A stretch of 63,514 nucleotides of DNA, counting the filler, from Circinaria calcarea (lineage: Eukaryota): assembly GCA_051942165.1 (NCBI GenBank). It is 12 parts of 12 records of this genome, joined end to end, with 100 filler letters (N's around TTAATTAATTAA, not from the genome) between each part and the next. Parts side by side here need not be neighbours in the genome. Positions count along the whole stretch, not along the records: positions 1 to 5,216 come from JAVECS010001990.1; positions 5,317 to 10,528 come from JAVECS010001991.1; positions 10,629 to 15,838 come from JAVECS010001992.1; 9 more parts are not named here. The stretch is one strand, 5' to 3'. The notes under the pieces are model-generated. The model ran no database searches, was not told where the DNA came from, and was given only the letters and a program-made list of their open reading frames with translations. Shown here one piece after another: positions 1 through 10,803 of this stretch. Every line of letters begins with the position of its first letter. Position 1 is the stretch's first letter. The position numbers were made by a program, and so were the translations under genes.

Positions 1-1
1 G

Positions 2-178
2 GCTACACCATACAGTCCGTACATGCCGTTTACACCATTGACACCAGTGACCCCGAGTAGGTTGGTTACCAAGGAAGAGAGAAAGAGGCTGAAGAAGGAG
101 GAGGGAAGGAGGGTGCTGACGACTAGGGACGAGGTTTTGGAGGAGGGAGTCATGTGGGGGGATGCGTATCACCGATGA
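2..178 (+). CDS. 3' end of a fungal hypothetical protein (truncated by window start)
   Basis: Open frame from base 2 reads ATPYSPYMPFTPLTPVTPSRLVTKEERKRLKKEEGRRVLTTRDEVLEEGVMWGDAYHR* with TGA at 176-178. It looks like a real protein C-terminus. Confidence 0.6.
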   Translation, partial: ATPYSPYMPFTPLTPVTPSRLVTKEERKRLKKEEGRRVLTTRDEVLEEGVMWGDAYHR

Positions 179-933
179 TAAATGCAAGGCTGCGTCGACT
201 GTACCATTATGTCGATGCCCACAGGGAATGGAGGTCTATGGGCCGTTGAGGTTGGCTTGGTTATGAAATCTGGGTTTGGTTGGGTCATGAAGTTAGCGGA
301 CGAGTTTGGGTGTATGGGGGCAACTTGAGATGTGTATGGTTGGAATAGCAAGTGGTTGGTCCGGTGTAATCTCTAGTGGTTTAGTATTTGAATGTTTCTC
401 TACACGGTGTAGTTGTATATTCTTGGGTAGATAGCCTTACAGGGCTGCATGGATTGTAAAGCTTAGACTATTTTGGATTTGTTGTAACGAGATCCAAAAC
501 AAACTTTACGAGGAGCAACAACCAAAACTTCACATCACAATTAGAGTTACTTGCCAACGGCATTGGGTTCGTTTTTAAAAGCAAGAAGCTTCAAGTTTAT
601 AGATCAGCGAGTGCTGAGTTGACTAGGGATAGGGTATCTACGGTGTTTCCTTTGACATCTAGCTTGGCTGTCTTTCAAGTGTCAACCCCCTTGAAAACTT
701 TCCTAGTGAAGAGATCAGTTCTCTCGCGTTCGTCTTTACCACTTTCAAAAGTCATCTCAGCTGCATCGAAGTGAACTAAGGAACGCTCACGATGGTAGCC
801 CTTAGTGAGCTACACAATCCGCCCCAGCCATGAATAATAGACATGGAGGCAACGCAAGGAATTGATGCCTACTCTCAGCTATGCCTCAAGCTCACTATGT
901 GATGCGATGAATATCAATGGCGTGCAATTACCT

Positions 934-1899
934 CTGCTCAGACCCCAATCGAGATTTATGAAGAGATTATAGAGGAAGTACTTGGAGGGCGACTCCTGCA
1001 TATCTCACACAATGTGCTAAACCCCGTCCACAACGCGTGTACTGCTGAAATGAGTCAAGATGAGTTGTACGAAGCGCACAAGCTATGTGGCCGCAAGACA
1101 GCACATCAGAGCGAGAAGTGCGACTACAAGACAAAATGGCCGACTGATTTTTCCTCAACCATTCCCCCTGCTGCAGGGGATATTCCAGAATGAGCACCGG
1201 CCTTCTGCGGATTTGCGGCAAACTCACCCAGAAGCGTCACGGATTCTGTACGGGAGCAATACATTTCCCTTCAGTATCCTTAAAGCATTCAGCATATTCT
1301 TCTCAAGTTTGAGTTCGGCTCAGAAACAGGTTGTCAGAAAGTCCGCGCTCATCTATCGGGCTCGATACATATTGCCTTAATCTTCCAGCAATCTGTCAAA
1401 TTGGGATATTATCATTGGCACAACCCTTGTTCAACGACTATGGGCTCCAAGTCCTCCATCTTAATATCAGATTTGATTCCTCTAGTAAGAAAGGCGACGA
1501 TACTTATGCCATGATGAAGGAAATGTCCGTCGAGAACGGGCTGTTAATCACCGAAAGAAGAGCTTAAGACTTCGCCCACGACGTCATGTAACTGTGATAC
1601 TCAGCCATATCTTCTACAATAGATATCCTCGTTCTCATGAGGAGGCGAAAAATCGCCAATGCACTCTGACGGAGCAGTTACAATTTGCTGAGAAAATCAA
1701 AGCTCACTTGATGGATCCAAAGGAGGTTGACTCTGGAATAGTTAAGGAGGTCACACAAGATGCGAGCAGCAGTTGCTTGGACTGGCGGATTGGTATGAGC
1801 TCTTCGGCGGACAGAGATAGAAACTCCATCAACAAATTCATCTCTTGGCGACTGAACACTGTACTCAAACTATCAGATTATGCTGATCAGAACTCCTAA
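934..1899 (+). pseudogene. Frameshifted DUF7730-like gene remnant, paralogous to 2037-2996
   Basis: Fragments in shifting frames: LLR/PIEIYEEIIEEVLGGRLLHI and MSTGLLRIC/QTHPEASRILYGSNTFPF. These match SLLGLPQEVRDHIWTEVLGDNFIHI and MSLTLLRVCRQTYTEGTAILYSRNTFSF of the neighbouring intact gene. Several stops and frameshifts are present. Confidence 0.6.
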
Positions 1900-2036
1900 T
1901 ATATGCTCGTCTATAGATCTCGGACTAATCTGATGGTAATGTAATGTAGGTACGACCATTTGCATCCGCCCAAATATGACTCCCATGTCATTCACACATT
2001 AAGTTCCCTCTCCTATATACATCTGTACAAGCTGAC

Positions 2037-2996
2037 CTAGTCTATCATGCCCCAATACGGTATACTGCTCGGGCTGCCGGTACACAGAAGCCTAGATTTG
2101 ATCTTGTGCGTGCATGCCTTCTTCTGCAATGTGGACCACTGCGGTGGACGCTTTACAGTCTTCGGAATATAGCCCGGTCCCAGGTATTGGAATTCCATGG
2201 GGTGTTCGACAACCGTGATCGTGACCTCTTGCAACGGCAGAGCTTTAAGCCGCAAGAGCCGTTGAAACAAAGGATTTCCTTCGACAATGTCAAGAGCAGT
2301 CGGACCCAGGACAGACACCAGCTTGTCCTCGGGTTGGATACGAGAGATCAAGTGCAGATGCAGCGCGTGTAGGCACGGCAGCTCTCTCATCAAACACGGG
2401 TCGAGAGCCCTGTCCCACCGAAAGGTATCAGGGAAGGTATCGTCGCGCGTTGTTGCCAAGCTCTCGAACATGAGGGAAATATCCATGCTTCTCAGCAAAC
2501 CTAGTTGCATCTGGGTGCGGGTGGAGAGAAATGACTTGAACGCATCGGCGGCGAAGGCCTGAAATGAAAAGGTGTTTCTGGAATAGAGAATGGCGGTGCC
2601 CTCGGTATAGGTCTGACGGCAGACCCGAAGGAGCGTGAGGCTCATCTGGTACGAGGTGTCATCTTGGATTTCCCCCATGAGGCTCATGGGGTTCTCGTCG
2701 TCCGGCGGGCAGATGTAGCGAACGGCATGGTCCTTTGGGGTGTCGGGCGTGTGAGGAAACGGCAGGATAATAGTGTTGCTGGTGTAGGCATCATGGTACA
2801 AGCCTGGAGGGGCGAGGGCCGGGCCACGATACTTGATGTGGATGAAGTTATCACCCAGGACTTCGGTCCAGATATGGTCTCTGACTTCCTGCGGGAGACC
2901 CAGGAGGCTGGATTCCCGGGGTACGCGTTTGTGCCTGAGCCTTTGTAAGTACAACGGCTTCTTTCTTCTTTTTCTATCTGGGAAATTTTCGTACAT
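2037..2996 (-). CDS. Fungal DUF7730-like protein (F-box-like N-terminal motif)
   Basis: The frame is open to 3035 and the first ATG is at 2996. Motifs LLGLPQEVRDHIW..VLG...IHI and LLRVCRQTYTEG..ILYSRNTFSF are typical of this ascomycete family. Confidence 0.7.
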   Translation of the reverse strand: MYENFPDRKRRKKPLYLQRLRHKRVPRESSLLGLPQEVRDHIWTEVLGDNFIHIKYRGPALAPPGLYHDAYTSNTIILPFPHTPDTPKDHAVRYICPPDDENPMSLMGEIQDDTSYQMSLTLLRVCRQTYTEGTAILYSRNTFSFQAFAADAFKSFLSTRTQMQLGLLRSMDISLMFESLATTRDDTFPDTFRWDRALDPCLMRELPCLHALHLHLISRIQPEDKLVSVLGPTALDIVEGNPLFQRLLRLKALPLQEVTITVVEHPMEFQYLGPGYIPKTVKRPPQWSTLQKKACTHKIKSRLLCTGSPSSIPYWGMID

Positions 2997-3789
2997 GATC
3001 TGTGGATGTTCGCTGGCCGGAGTTCCGCTGGACAAAGCAATTTCCGGTTTGATTGCTGTTGAAGGGTCACGCCTCAGGTTACGCTATCTAGTTGTACAAA
3101 GGGACTTCGGAACTACCAGGATCCACTGATTACTCAGGATACCGCTCTACATTGCTTAAAGTTTTGTACACCCTTTGTGAATTCCAGATGTTGGGGCTGG
3201 AAGCAGCCCCTGACCAGCCCGAGAATGCCACGGTTCCCTAATAGATTGCGATGCCCATTGTGCATCGAACGGTCGTCATAGCCTGACAAATTCGACGACA
3301 TTGTGGGTTTGAGAGCGGAGGCCTGCTCCGTCACGGAATAAGTGATTTGCCATGTGATGGATCCGTGCGATTAAGGTTATCTCGTCTGCTGACGGTGAGA
3401 GAAGAGAGTGGCAGGGGAGAGGGGATAAGCTGTCGAGTTGTTGGACCAAAGTAAGATTACCTGTGTGTTGTTGGGTGGTACTTTTTTCAGTGTTTTTGCG
3501 TTTTCGCAGATCGGCCATCAGCAGCCATCGGGGGCGCCCCCCCCACATTAAGCGGGTTTTTAGTGTTTAGCAGCCGATGGGATCGGTGGGAATCGGATAA
3601 CGTTTGGGGATAAGCGGTAGATCGCGCTGCTTACAAACTACGGCGGGTACTCCGTAGTGGTAGGGGAAACGTGGTGGGAATGCGCAACGGCGGTAGGATG
3701 GAGGTGGGAAGGGAGGCAAACAAACAAACAGTGACGATGATGATGCTCCCACTCTCCTCTTCCTGTTTACGCCGTACTCCGCAACAAGC

Positions 3790-3839
3790 GCAATCACAAT
3801 TGTAATCGCAGTCGCAATCGCAGTCGCAATCGCAATCGC
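3790..3839. repeat. Imperfect hexamer microsatellite (GCAATC/GCAGTC)n upstream of the PrnX-like gene
   Basis: gcaatcacaattgtaatcgcagtcgcaatcgcagtcgcaatcgcaatcgc. Confidence 0.8.
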
Positions 3840-3978
3840 CATGGCAATTTCGCATGCTTGATCTGATCGCCGACGTGACACTCCCTCTCGATCCTTCTGA
3901 CCCGCGACCCTCTCGTCTTCCGGCTCGAGGTGGTCCGGTGTGGTGGGGGGGGCAGAGTATTTGCTCCATCAGCAGAAG

Positions 3979-5216
3979 ATGCCTTTGACTGTTCTCACCG
4001 ATTTCGATGTCCGATCGCTGCTCTTATCCTTGAGCAGAGATGACATCGTCCGCCTGCAGCACAACCTTGCCGACGCCCTACACGACTACTCGACGGGCAC
4101 GCAAGACACGACGGGATGCTGCAGCGCCAATCAGCCTCAACGCCTCTCGATCCAGGGCAGACATGGTCAAACCACGCTATTCATGCCTGCCAACACGAAC
4201 ACGACGACCGGCATGAAGATCGTATCCTTGGTCGCCCCCTCCACGTCCTCGATCGCCTCCAGCAGCAGGAGCAGCATCACGACCCAGGCATCCGCCAGCT
4301 CGGTCCCGAGCGCTGACCCCTCGACCACAAGCTCCCGTAGCACCACTCCTCGAGGATCCCTCACCCTCCTCGACAGCGCTGGGACTCCGCTGGGCTTCAT
4401 AAACGCAGAGGAACTCACCGCCTTTCGTACAGCTTTAGCTTCGACCCTTTTGTTCTCCAAACGTTCCCGGGTTCACTCCATTATCGTCTTCGGCGCCGGT
4501 AAGCAGGCTTATTGGCACATACGACTCGCTCTCCTCCTGCGAGGTTCGGAAATTCATCACGTCAATGTGATCAATCGCTCTTTTACCGGAGCGCAGCCCC
4601 TGATGCGAGACATCTACAAATCGGAGGAATGGGCACACCTGAGGAATGCCAATAGCAAACTCCGCTTCAGCGCATTGAGTGGAGACTATGGAGAATATGA
4701 TCGGTTACTAAAGGAGCATGTGCGAGACGCGGACGTGTTATTCATGTGTACACCGTCTACTTCGCCTCTCTTTCCGGCCGAACATCTGACGAGCACCGAA
4801 GGACGGAAGAAGGGAAGATACATTAGCTTAATTGGCAGTTACCAGCCACACATGGTCGAACTCCATCCTGAAGTTCTCAAGCAGGCCGTTGCCCAGGAGC
4901 ACAAGCATCATCACCACAGACATGCTGAGAAAGGAGGCGTGGTCGTGGTGGATAGCCTCGAAGCTTGCATGAAAGAAGCCGGAGAGGTGATACAAGCTGG
5001 CTTGGGTTCAGAGAACCTGGTCGAGGTTGGAGAGTTGGTGATGGTAAAAAAAGCGGCAATGAAAGATATTGAAATGGGCGGGGAAGGGGAGAAGGGACTG
5101 AAGAGGTGGTTGGAGAGCGGGAACGTGATTTATAAGAGCGTGGGGTTGGGGATTATGGATCTCTGTGTAGGTGAGGATTTGGTGATGCTGGCGAGGGAGA
5201 GAGGGATTGGGACAAC
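3979..5216 (+). CDS. prnX: Ornithine cyclodeaminase/mu-crystallin family protein (PrnX-like), last codons cut by contig end
   Basis: MPLTVLTDFDV start, TTLFMPA, INAEELTAFRTAL, Rossmann-type IVFGAGKQAYWH, IGSYQPHMVEL, C-terminal YKSVGLGIMDL. Confidence 0.85.
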
Positions 5217-5316
5217 NNNNNNNNNNNNNNNNNNNNNNNNNNNNNNNNNNNNNNNNNNNNTTAATTAATTAANNNNNNNNNNNNNNNNNNNNNNNNNNNN
5301 NNNNNNNNNNNNNNNN
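5217..5316. other. Artificial contig linker N44-TTAATTAATTAA-N44
   Basis: 100-nt spacer with stop codons in all six frames, identical 11 times in the window. Confidence 0.99.
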
Positions 5317-6483
5317 CCCCCCAAGTGCCAAGGACCCAGCTCTCCAAGTCTCCCTCACCTCACCCCTCACGCTCGCCAACCCATGACACCTCACTCAGAT
5401 GCGGGGATTATCCCATAACTCCCTTTTCCCGGCTGGGGGGCGTCGACGAACGCGAAACTTCACCGTCTTTCATATCCATGTGGACAGACTACCGCCTTTC
5501 GGTCGAATATCGCTGGCTAGGTGGATCCTGAGGGGTATTGTTTGGATGTTGGATGGCGAGTGGTGTTCGCTACCCGAGGGCCGGGGTGGGGAGGGGAAAA
5601 ATTTTCGTTTGCAGCATGTAAGGGTATGTGGGGTGATGTGGTATTGGAGGGGACTCGTGTTTAAAAAAGATAATATTGTTTTTAAATAGGTTGTGTACTT
5701 GTTGAACAAAAACATGCAAAAATGTGTGTGTGCTAAGAATGTGCGAAAGTGGAGGAAAGCAATTATGGGTTGATAGCCCCTTTACCGTACTGCCGTTCTA
5801 AACCCCTGACTCGCCATTTTGCAAACAATACTGGAGCTTCAGTTCTTGAGGATGTTGTTTTAGACGGAGGTAGGGAGGGTGGGAGTTTCGAGGTAGCATC
5901 TTATTTACGCTGCTTGTCTCTTACCAGCAGTAACTTTTTTTGGGTACACCGGCCGCGTATCCTATGGGTGCCATACGAACGTATTTGGCCTCCGGCCTTA
6001 TGTTTTTTGACCACTGTGTTCTATTGAAAGACGAGGAAGGAGTCCTGGTGTATGTTGGAGATGTTCCGCTAATAGCCAATTGAGAAGGGGTGGTGCGATT
6101 CTGATTCGTGGGTTGCAAGTGGTCGTGGATGGTGGTTCGTGCCGTTGGCGTTGAAATTGGGGGGCTTGCGAGTTATTGCTGCTGTTTGGAGGGGCAGGTT
6201 GAGGGATCAAAGAGATGGAGTTGTTGATGCTGGTGTTACTAACTGGAGAATGTAAAGCTTGGAGAGGAGCAAGTAGATTTCTGTGGATTGAGGATTTTGC
6301 AAATGGTTTTTGTATTTGGGCAGCATCCGGTAAGATCTGAAGCCTGGTCCAGACCCAATCGATCCCTTTGGTACCCTTCGGCGGGTTCGATAGATTCGAA
6401 GAAGGAATTTTGCCAGCACTTTATTGTAAACAGTAGGAGTATCGCAACACATGCACCCGTCTAATAAGCACCATTGCATCTTC

Positions 6484-6999
6484 CTACCCAACAATGATAC
6501 CATACGCGCTCAACACGCTCATCCCCATCAACCCCAAGACAGGGAAAAAGTGCCAAATCCCAAGGTACCTCCCCTTCCCGTTCTCTTTACCCGGCCTTGT
6601 ATAGCCGTACGTAAACATCGCCCTCGCCACCACCCACGCGAATCCCATCCCCGCACTCGCCACGGGGTACTTCAGTCCCGCGATCAACAACGTAGCTAGG
6701 AAAGACGGCTGCGCTTCGATAAAGTGGGCGTGCGCACGTACGGCGCAGTTGAAGCGGTATTTCTCTTGGGAGGTGGCCGCTTCGGTGGCAGTGGCGTAAG
6801 CGTTGGGGTAGGGGACTTTGGCGGCTTTGCGGAAGGAACCGACGTAAGAGCCGTGCCAGGCGTTGAGGGCTGCGGATGCGGTTGCGGCGAGGAGGACGTA
6901 GCTAGGAGGGGGGTTGGGAAGTTAGTTTTTAGGACAAGAGGAATGGGGGGAGATGGAAGTATACCCATATTCATTAGGCACGGTGAGTGAGACAGGCAT
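6484..6999 (-). CDS. MAPEG family microsomal glutathione S-transferase 3-like protein (2 exons)
   Basis: MPVSLTVPNEYG, then intron 6964-6902 (GTATAC..CTAAC..TAG), then YVLLAA...FRKAAKVPYPNAYA...YRFNCAVRAHAHFIE...LIAGLKYPV...YGY...GKGRYLG. Confidence 0.9.
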
Positions 7000-7403
7000 G
7001 GTTTGGTTTTTGTAGAGGTGGAGTGGGTAGTAGAAGTGCTGGAGTGCTGATTGTTTATTTGTTTTCGCAAAGGCAGTCGAGGTATTTAAACTATTCTTCT
7101 GTCGCGAACCTTGGAAGCGGACACGGGACTCGGGAGAACCCAACCAGCGCCGGATGAATCCCGCTTCCACCCTCCGGCCCGGCAGACCATTGCGATTAGA
7201 AATCCATCGAGGCAGCAGCGACAAGAATCCATGCGTGAACTGCCTTCTTTAGGCTCCCGTCAACGCCTCCAACTCCTTTCTTGATGAATGCCTTTCATGG
7301 GCCTTGTAGGCCATCGACTTCAAAGAACGTTTCGCAAAAAGTATGTGGTTGATAGTAGCCATCGATCGAACCTCATGCCATGGCTTTGCATTCGAGGGAG
7401 GCT

Positions 7404-7565
7404 GTAAAAACTGACCGCCGACCACCAGTTTAGTTGGTAACCGTAGAAATTGCTTACGTGCCGCCTCTAAATTAGTAGTAACTACTAAGTCTCGGGGCCG
7501 TTTCCCACCGCGATTAGGGGTTGCTACGGTGACCCGATAAACAGGGCTCGGCGGTCAATTGTTAC
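7404..7565. mobile_element. Degenerate ~160-bp inverted-repeat (MITE-like) element
   Basis: Left arm gtaaaaactgaccgccgaccaccagtttagttggtaaccgtagaaa versus the reverse complement of the right arm, gtaacaattgaccgccgagc-cctgtttatcgggtcaccgtagcaa: about 36/46 identical by eye. Both ends carry TA. Confidence 0.5.
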
Positions 7566-9193
7566 TCCCTCAGGAGTGTCTTTGCTGTCCGTGGTACTGC
7601 TACAAATGGTGCTGGATGAGCAGAAGCCATTGTCAAGAGTAACAGTATGACCTCGGCGGACCCCTTCTGCAACAACTACATCTCGACAAATGTTACAAGA
7701 ATTTACGCGTGCTAGAGTAAAGTAATAAAGATCTAATCTACTCCATAGGTAATCAGCTCCGGGGCAACCCTTTATATAATAATTGTTCTCCAGCCGTAAT
7801 GACTTATGCCAAAGCCGACTTACCTTCGTAAATATGTCACACTATCTGAAGAGCAAAAAGACTCGAGTGGATCTTGACTCGCAGTCATTTCGTGTGTCAA
7901 GGTGGTGATTACTCCTTCAAACTAAACTTGAAGTTCAACAGCATCACGGAAACGTCAACCCATCCTTTAATCCTCTTTTCCTGCTGCTCTGGCTCAAAGG
8001 CTGCAGCCTGAACTTCCTTTGAAATCAGCAGTTCTACAGTCATCAGTGTTGGCACAACCAAGACCCACCAACTCTCGCAACATGCCTACGAATAGCGCCT
8101 CATCGAGATCATGGACAAGCTGTATGATCACAGCAGCGCACCGTTTTCCTTGTCGAGAGCGTCCAGTCTTTGAAACGTGGGCGTGCCTCCTCTCGGGAGC
8201 GCATTGGCTCTGCAACGTGTGATTCCTCCGACCAGCGAAGTGGTTACCAGAAGGAGGCCGTATGACTGGTTTGGTACCTTGGATATCCCAGCCTTCTAGT
8301 TCATTGAAGGGCATACGGGGTATATTTGTTGGTACTGACAGGACGCGTAACAGGCATATCATGTTCGCCCCAGATGCTACTATTGTATTACAGCCTCGTA
8401 TCGAGGACGAAATTGCGGAATGACAAGGTGGCGGTTTGTGCCGCGCAAGATACCCACTTTCCATGTGGCAGCTTGCCATGTACCCGGGCTCTGATTTGCG
8501 GTTGTCATCATTGGAAGTTAAGCAGTTAAATAGGTCACCTGACTCTGGCAGGTATCTAGGGAACCCGAGAAATATGGTTTAGAATGCTGATTGGGATCTG
8601 CTGTCGCTCCGTTGATTGATAGACGTGCGACTTGGGTACTCCAGCTAGTCATTAAACCAATTAAACTATCAGTGGGTGAACTATCAGACACCGGAAGTGA
8701 ATAAGCCAACGAGCGAGAGTAAGTGAGAGACAAGCATTCGAAGAAAGGCAACAAAAAAATGCCGTTTACATGAATAAGGTCCTCGAAATTTCACGTTTAA
8801 CACATCTTCAATTCATCATGGACAATGCTTCTCGTGACAAATATAGCCGTCACCTAAATGAAATGCCCGTCATCGACATTATCAACCTGCATAGAAGATT
8901 CAGAACACAATAGATGATAGCGCCGTTTCCTGAGCAGCTAATCTCACAGGAAAATCAGCAGAACCCCTATCCGGATCCCAAAGTACTCCGTCAACTCAGT
9001 AAATCCACCCCCCCCAGTCCCGCCAAAAAAAAATCCACAGCGAGTACCCCAGTCGCAAATGCAACAAGAACCCTCAAGAATAAGCTCCCTCGAGTCCCAT
9101 AAACGCCTTCCCCCTTTGCAAAGCAATCTCCCCAAAACCACACAGAGCCCATCTCACACCGACCCAGCATCACACTCACGCCGTCTTTTCCTT

Positions 9194-10080
9194 TTAAACG
9201 AGCAAACTCCCAAAAACCACCGCACCCAACCCGGCCACACCTCCCATGGCCCACTCCATCGACTTTCCACGGTACGCCGCGCTCGAAGGCGCCGACGGAT
9301 CACTGCCCGTTCCAGTCGGCCCCGTTGCAGTTGGCCCCGTTCCAGTTGGCCCCGTACCGTTAGCTCCCGGAACCCCTGAAGTCAAATTGCCGTTACTGAA
9401 GACGCCGCCTTGGACGACGGGGGGAGAAACGGTTGTCGCGTTGGTGGAGGCGGCTTGGTAGGCGGCAAGGGAGTTGGGACCGGATCTGGAGTTCGGAACC
9501 AGTTAGGTTTGAAACGGTTTGCAAGTGAGGAAGAAGAGACCACTCACGGTTCATTAATAACCATCGACATCCCAGACGCGCAATGCGTTCCCTGCGAGCA
9601 GTAGATCCAAACGGGACTGGTATCGTTGACCGTCAGGGTAAATGTCCGCGGCTATTCCTCCCTGTCAGCATCTCCCCCCGCAAAAAGGTACTCCTTCCAA
9701 CCGAAGTATCAAGCTGGACTTACATTCACCCCCGACGGTGTCGACATAAACCCCGAGAAAAACCCAGCGTCGAGTGGGGTACACGGGTTGACAAATGCGC
9801 TCTGGACGACACTGTGGTTCATGGGGTAGAAGCTGAACTGGATCGTATCCCCCGGCGCGGCGACGACTCTTTCGGGGTTGAAGACCAGAGCGCCGTTGCC
9901 GACGGTCACGAGGAAGGTTGTACCATTGCCGTTGGAGGTGGAGGTGGAAGATGCGGTGGGGGAGGAGACTGTGGAACTCGGGGGTAAACTGCTCAAGGAG
10001 CTGGTAGAAGAGGAGTCATTGAAGCTGGTGAACTGGGCGAGGGCTAGGGGGAGGAAGGCGAGGGTGTAGGAGAGGTACAT
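9194..10080 (-). CDS. Secreted, probably GPI-anchored cupredoxin-domain Ser/Thr-rich protein (3 exons)
   Basis: Signal peptide MYLSYTLAFLPLALA; VTVGNGALVFNPE...GDTIQFSF..NHSVVQSAF..PC; after the intron, VWIYCSQGTHCASGM; GPTGT repeats; hydrophobic C-terminus. Introns at about 9723-9652 and 9547-9486. Confidence 0.88.
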
Positions 10081-10528
10081 GATCGCGTAGTGGAGAATAT
10101 GGATGGAAAGGAAGTCGGAGATGGATACGATCTGTGGAGGAAGAATGCGGTATAAATATGCCTATTTACAAAACGACGGAAGCTCACTGCGCATGAAGAA
10201 AAAGAATGAGGATGAGAGTAGCGAGTGAGATGGTTGAAGAAGAAATGAAACAATGTACTTTGCTTTTAATATAGCAATTTGCAAATAGCCTAAATCCGGG
10301 AAAAGCTGAACTACATGTGAGAGGCTTGGCTAAAGGATGGGGTTGTAACGTAAGCTGACCATTGTCGCAAGTATACGATGCTAGGACCCGAAAGGACAAA
10401 CTCCCGCATGTACCGTGGGATCGCGACGTTGGGAACTAATCTTTCAGCTGAAGCTCAGCGTTATTTTGGGACTTGTTTCAATAAATCAGCAGAAGGAGAG
10501 GGCAGCGCAACAGATGGTCTGTTTATAC

Positions 10529-10628
10529 NNNNNNNNNNNNNNNNNNNNNNNNNNNNNNNNNNNNNNNNNNNNTTAATTAATTAANNNNNNNNNNNNNNNN
10601 NNNNNNNNNNNNNNNNNNNNNNNNNNNN
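10529..10628. other. Artificial contig linker
   Basis: N44-TTAATTAATTAA-N44. Confidence 0.99.
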
Positions 10629-10803
10629 AATTCGTGTGGTTATTGCACGCTATGCAAAGTATGAATTGTCTATGGTTCTATGGAGAGAAAAACAACGCTT
10701 TTGTGTGTGTAATAACGCGCTAATGACACGCGAAGTGGAATCGGTGTAACGAACTCCCGGGTCTGAGACCTGCGAGGTCACGTGTGTGGTGCCAAGTTCG
10801 ACA
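10629..10803 (-). repeat. 3' LTR (partial; reconstructed LTR about 226 bp)
   Basis: Begins TGTCGAACTT on the minus strand directly after the PPT. 10629-10769 is identical to 15698-15838. Confidence 0.9.

Noticed and set aside
5261..5272. Regularly spaced TTAATTAATTAA repeats (CRISPR-like or biological periodicity)
   Set aside because: They are always centred in N-runs of fixed length, so they are an artificial six-frame-stop linker. ORFs running into X residues are artefacts of it.
5317..6420. Short ORFs or a possible ncRNA at the start of contig 2
   Set aside because: I found no recognisable motif, consistent splice model or RNA-family signature.
7994..8529. Possible retroelement gag remnant (CWY*..H..RC spacing on the plus strand) and a 161-aa minus-strand ORF
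   Set aside because: The resemblance is too weak, there are several stops, and no pol or LTR evidence lies nearby.
10629..10769. Using 100% LTR-LTR identity to date the insertion
   Set aside because: The identical 141 bp is probably the assembler's k-mer overlap, not two independently assembled LTRs.
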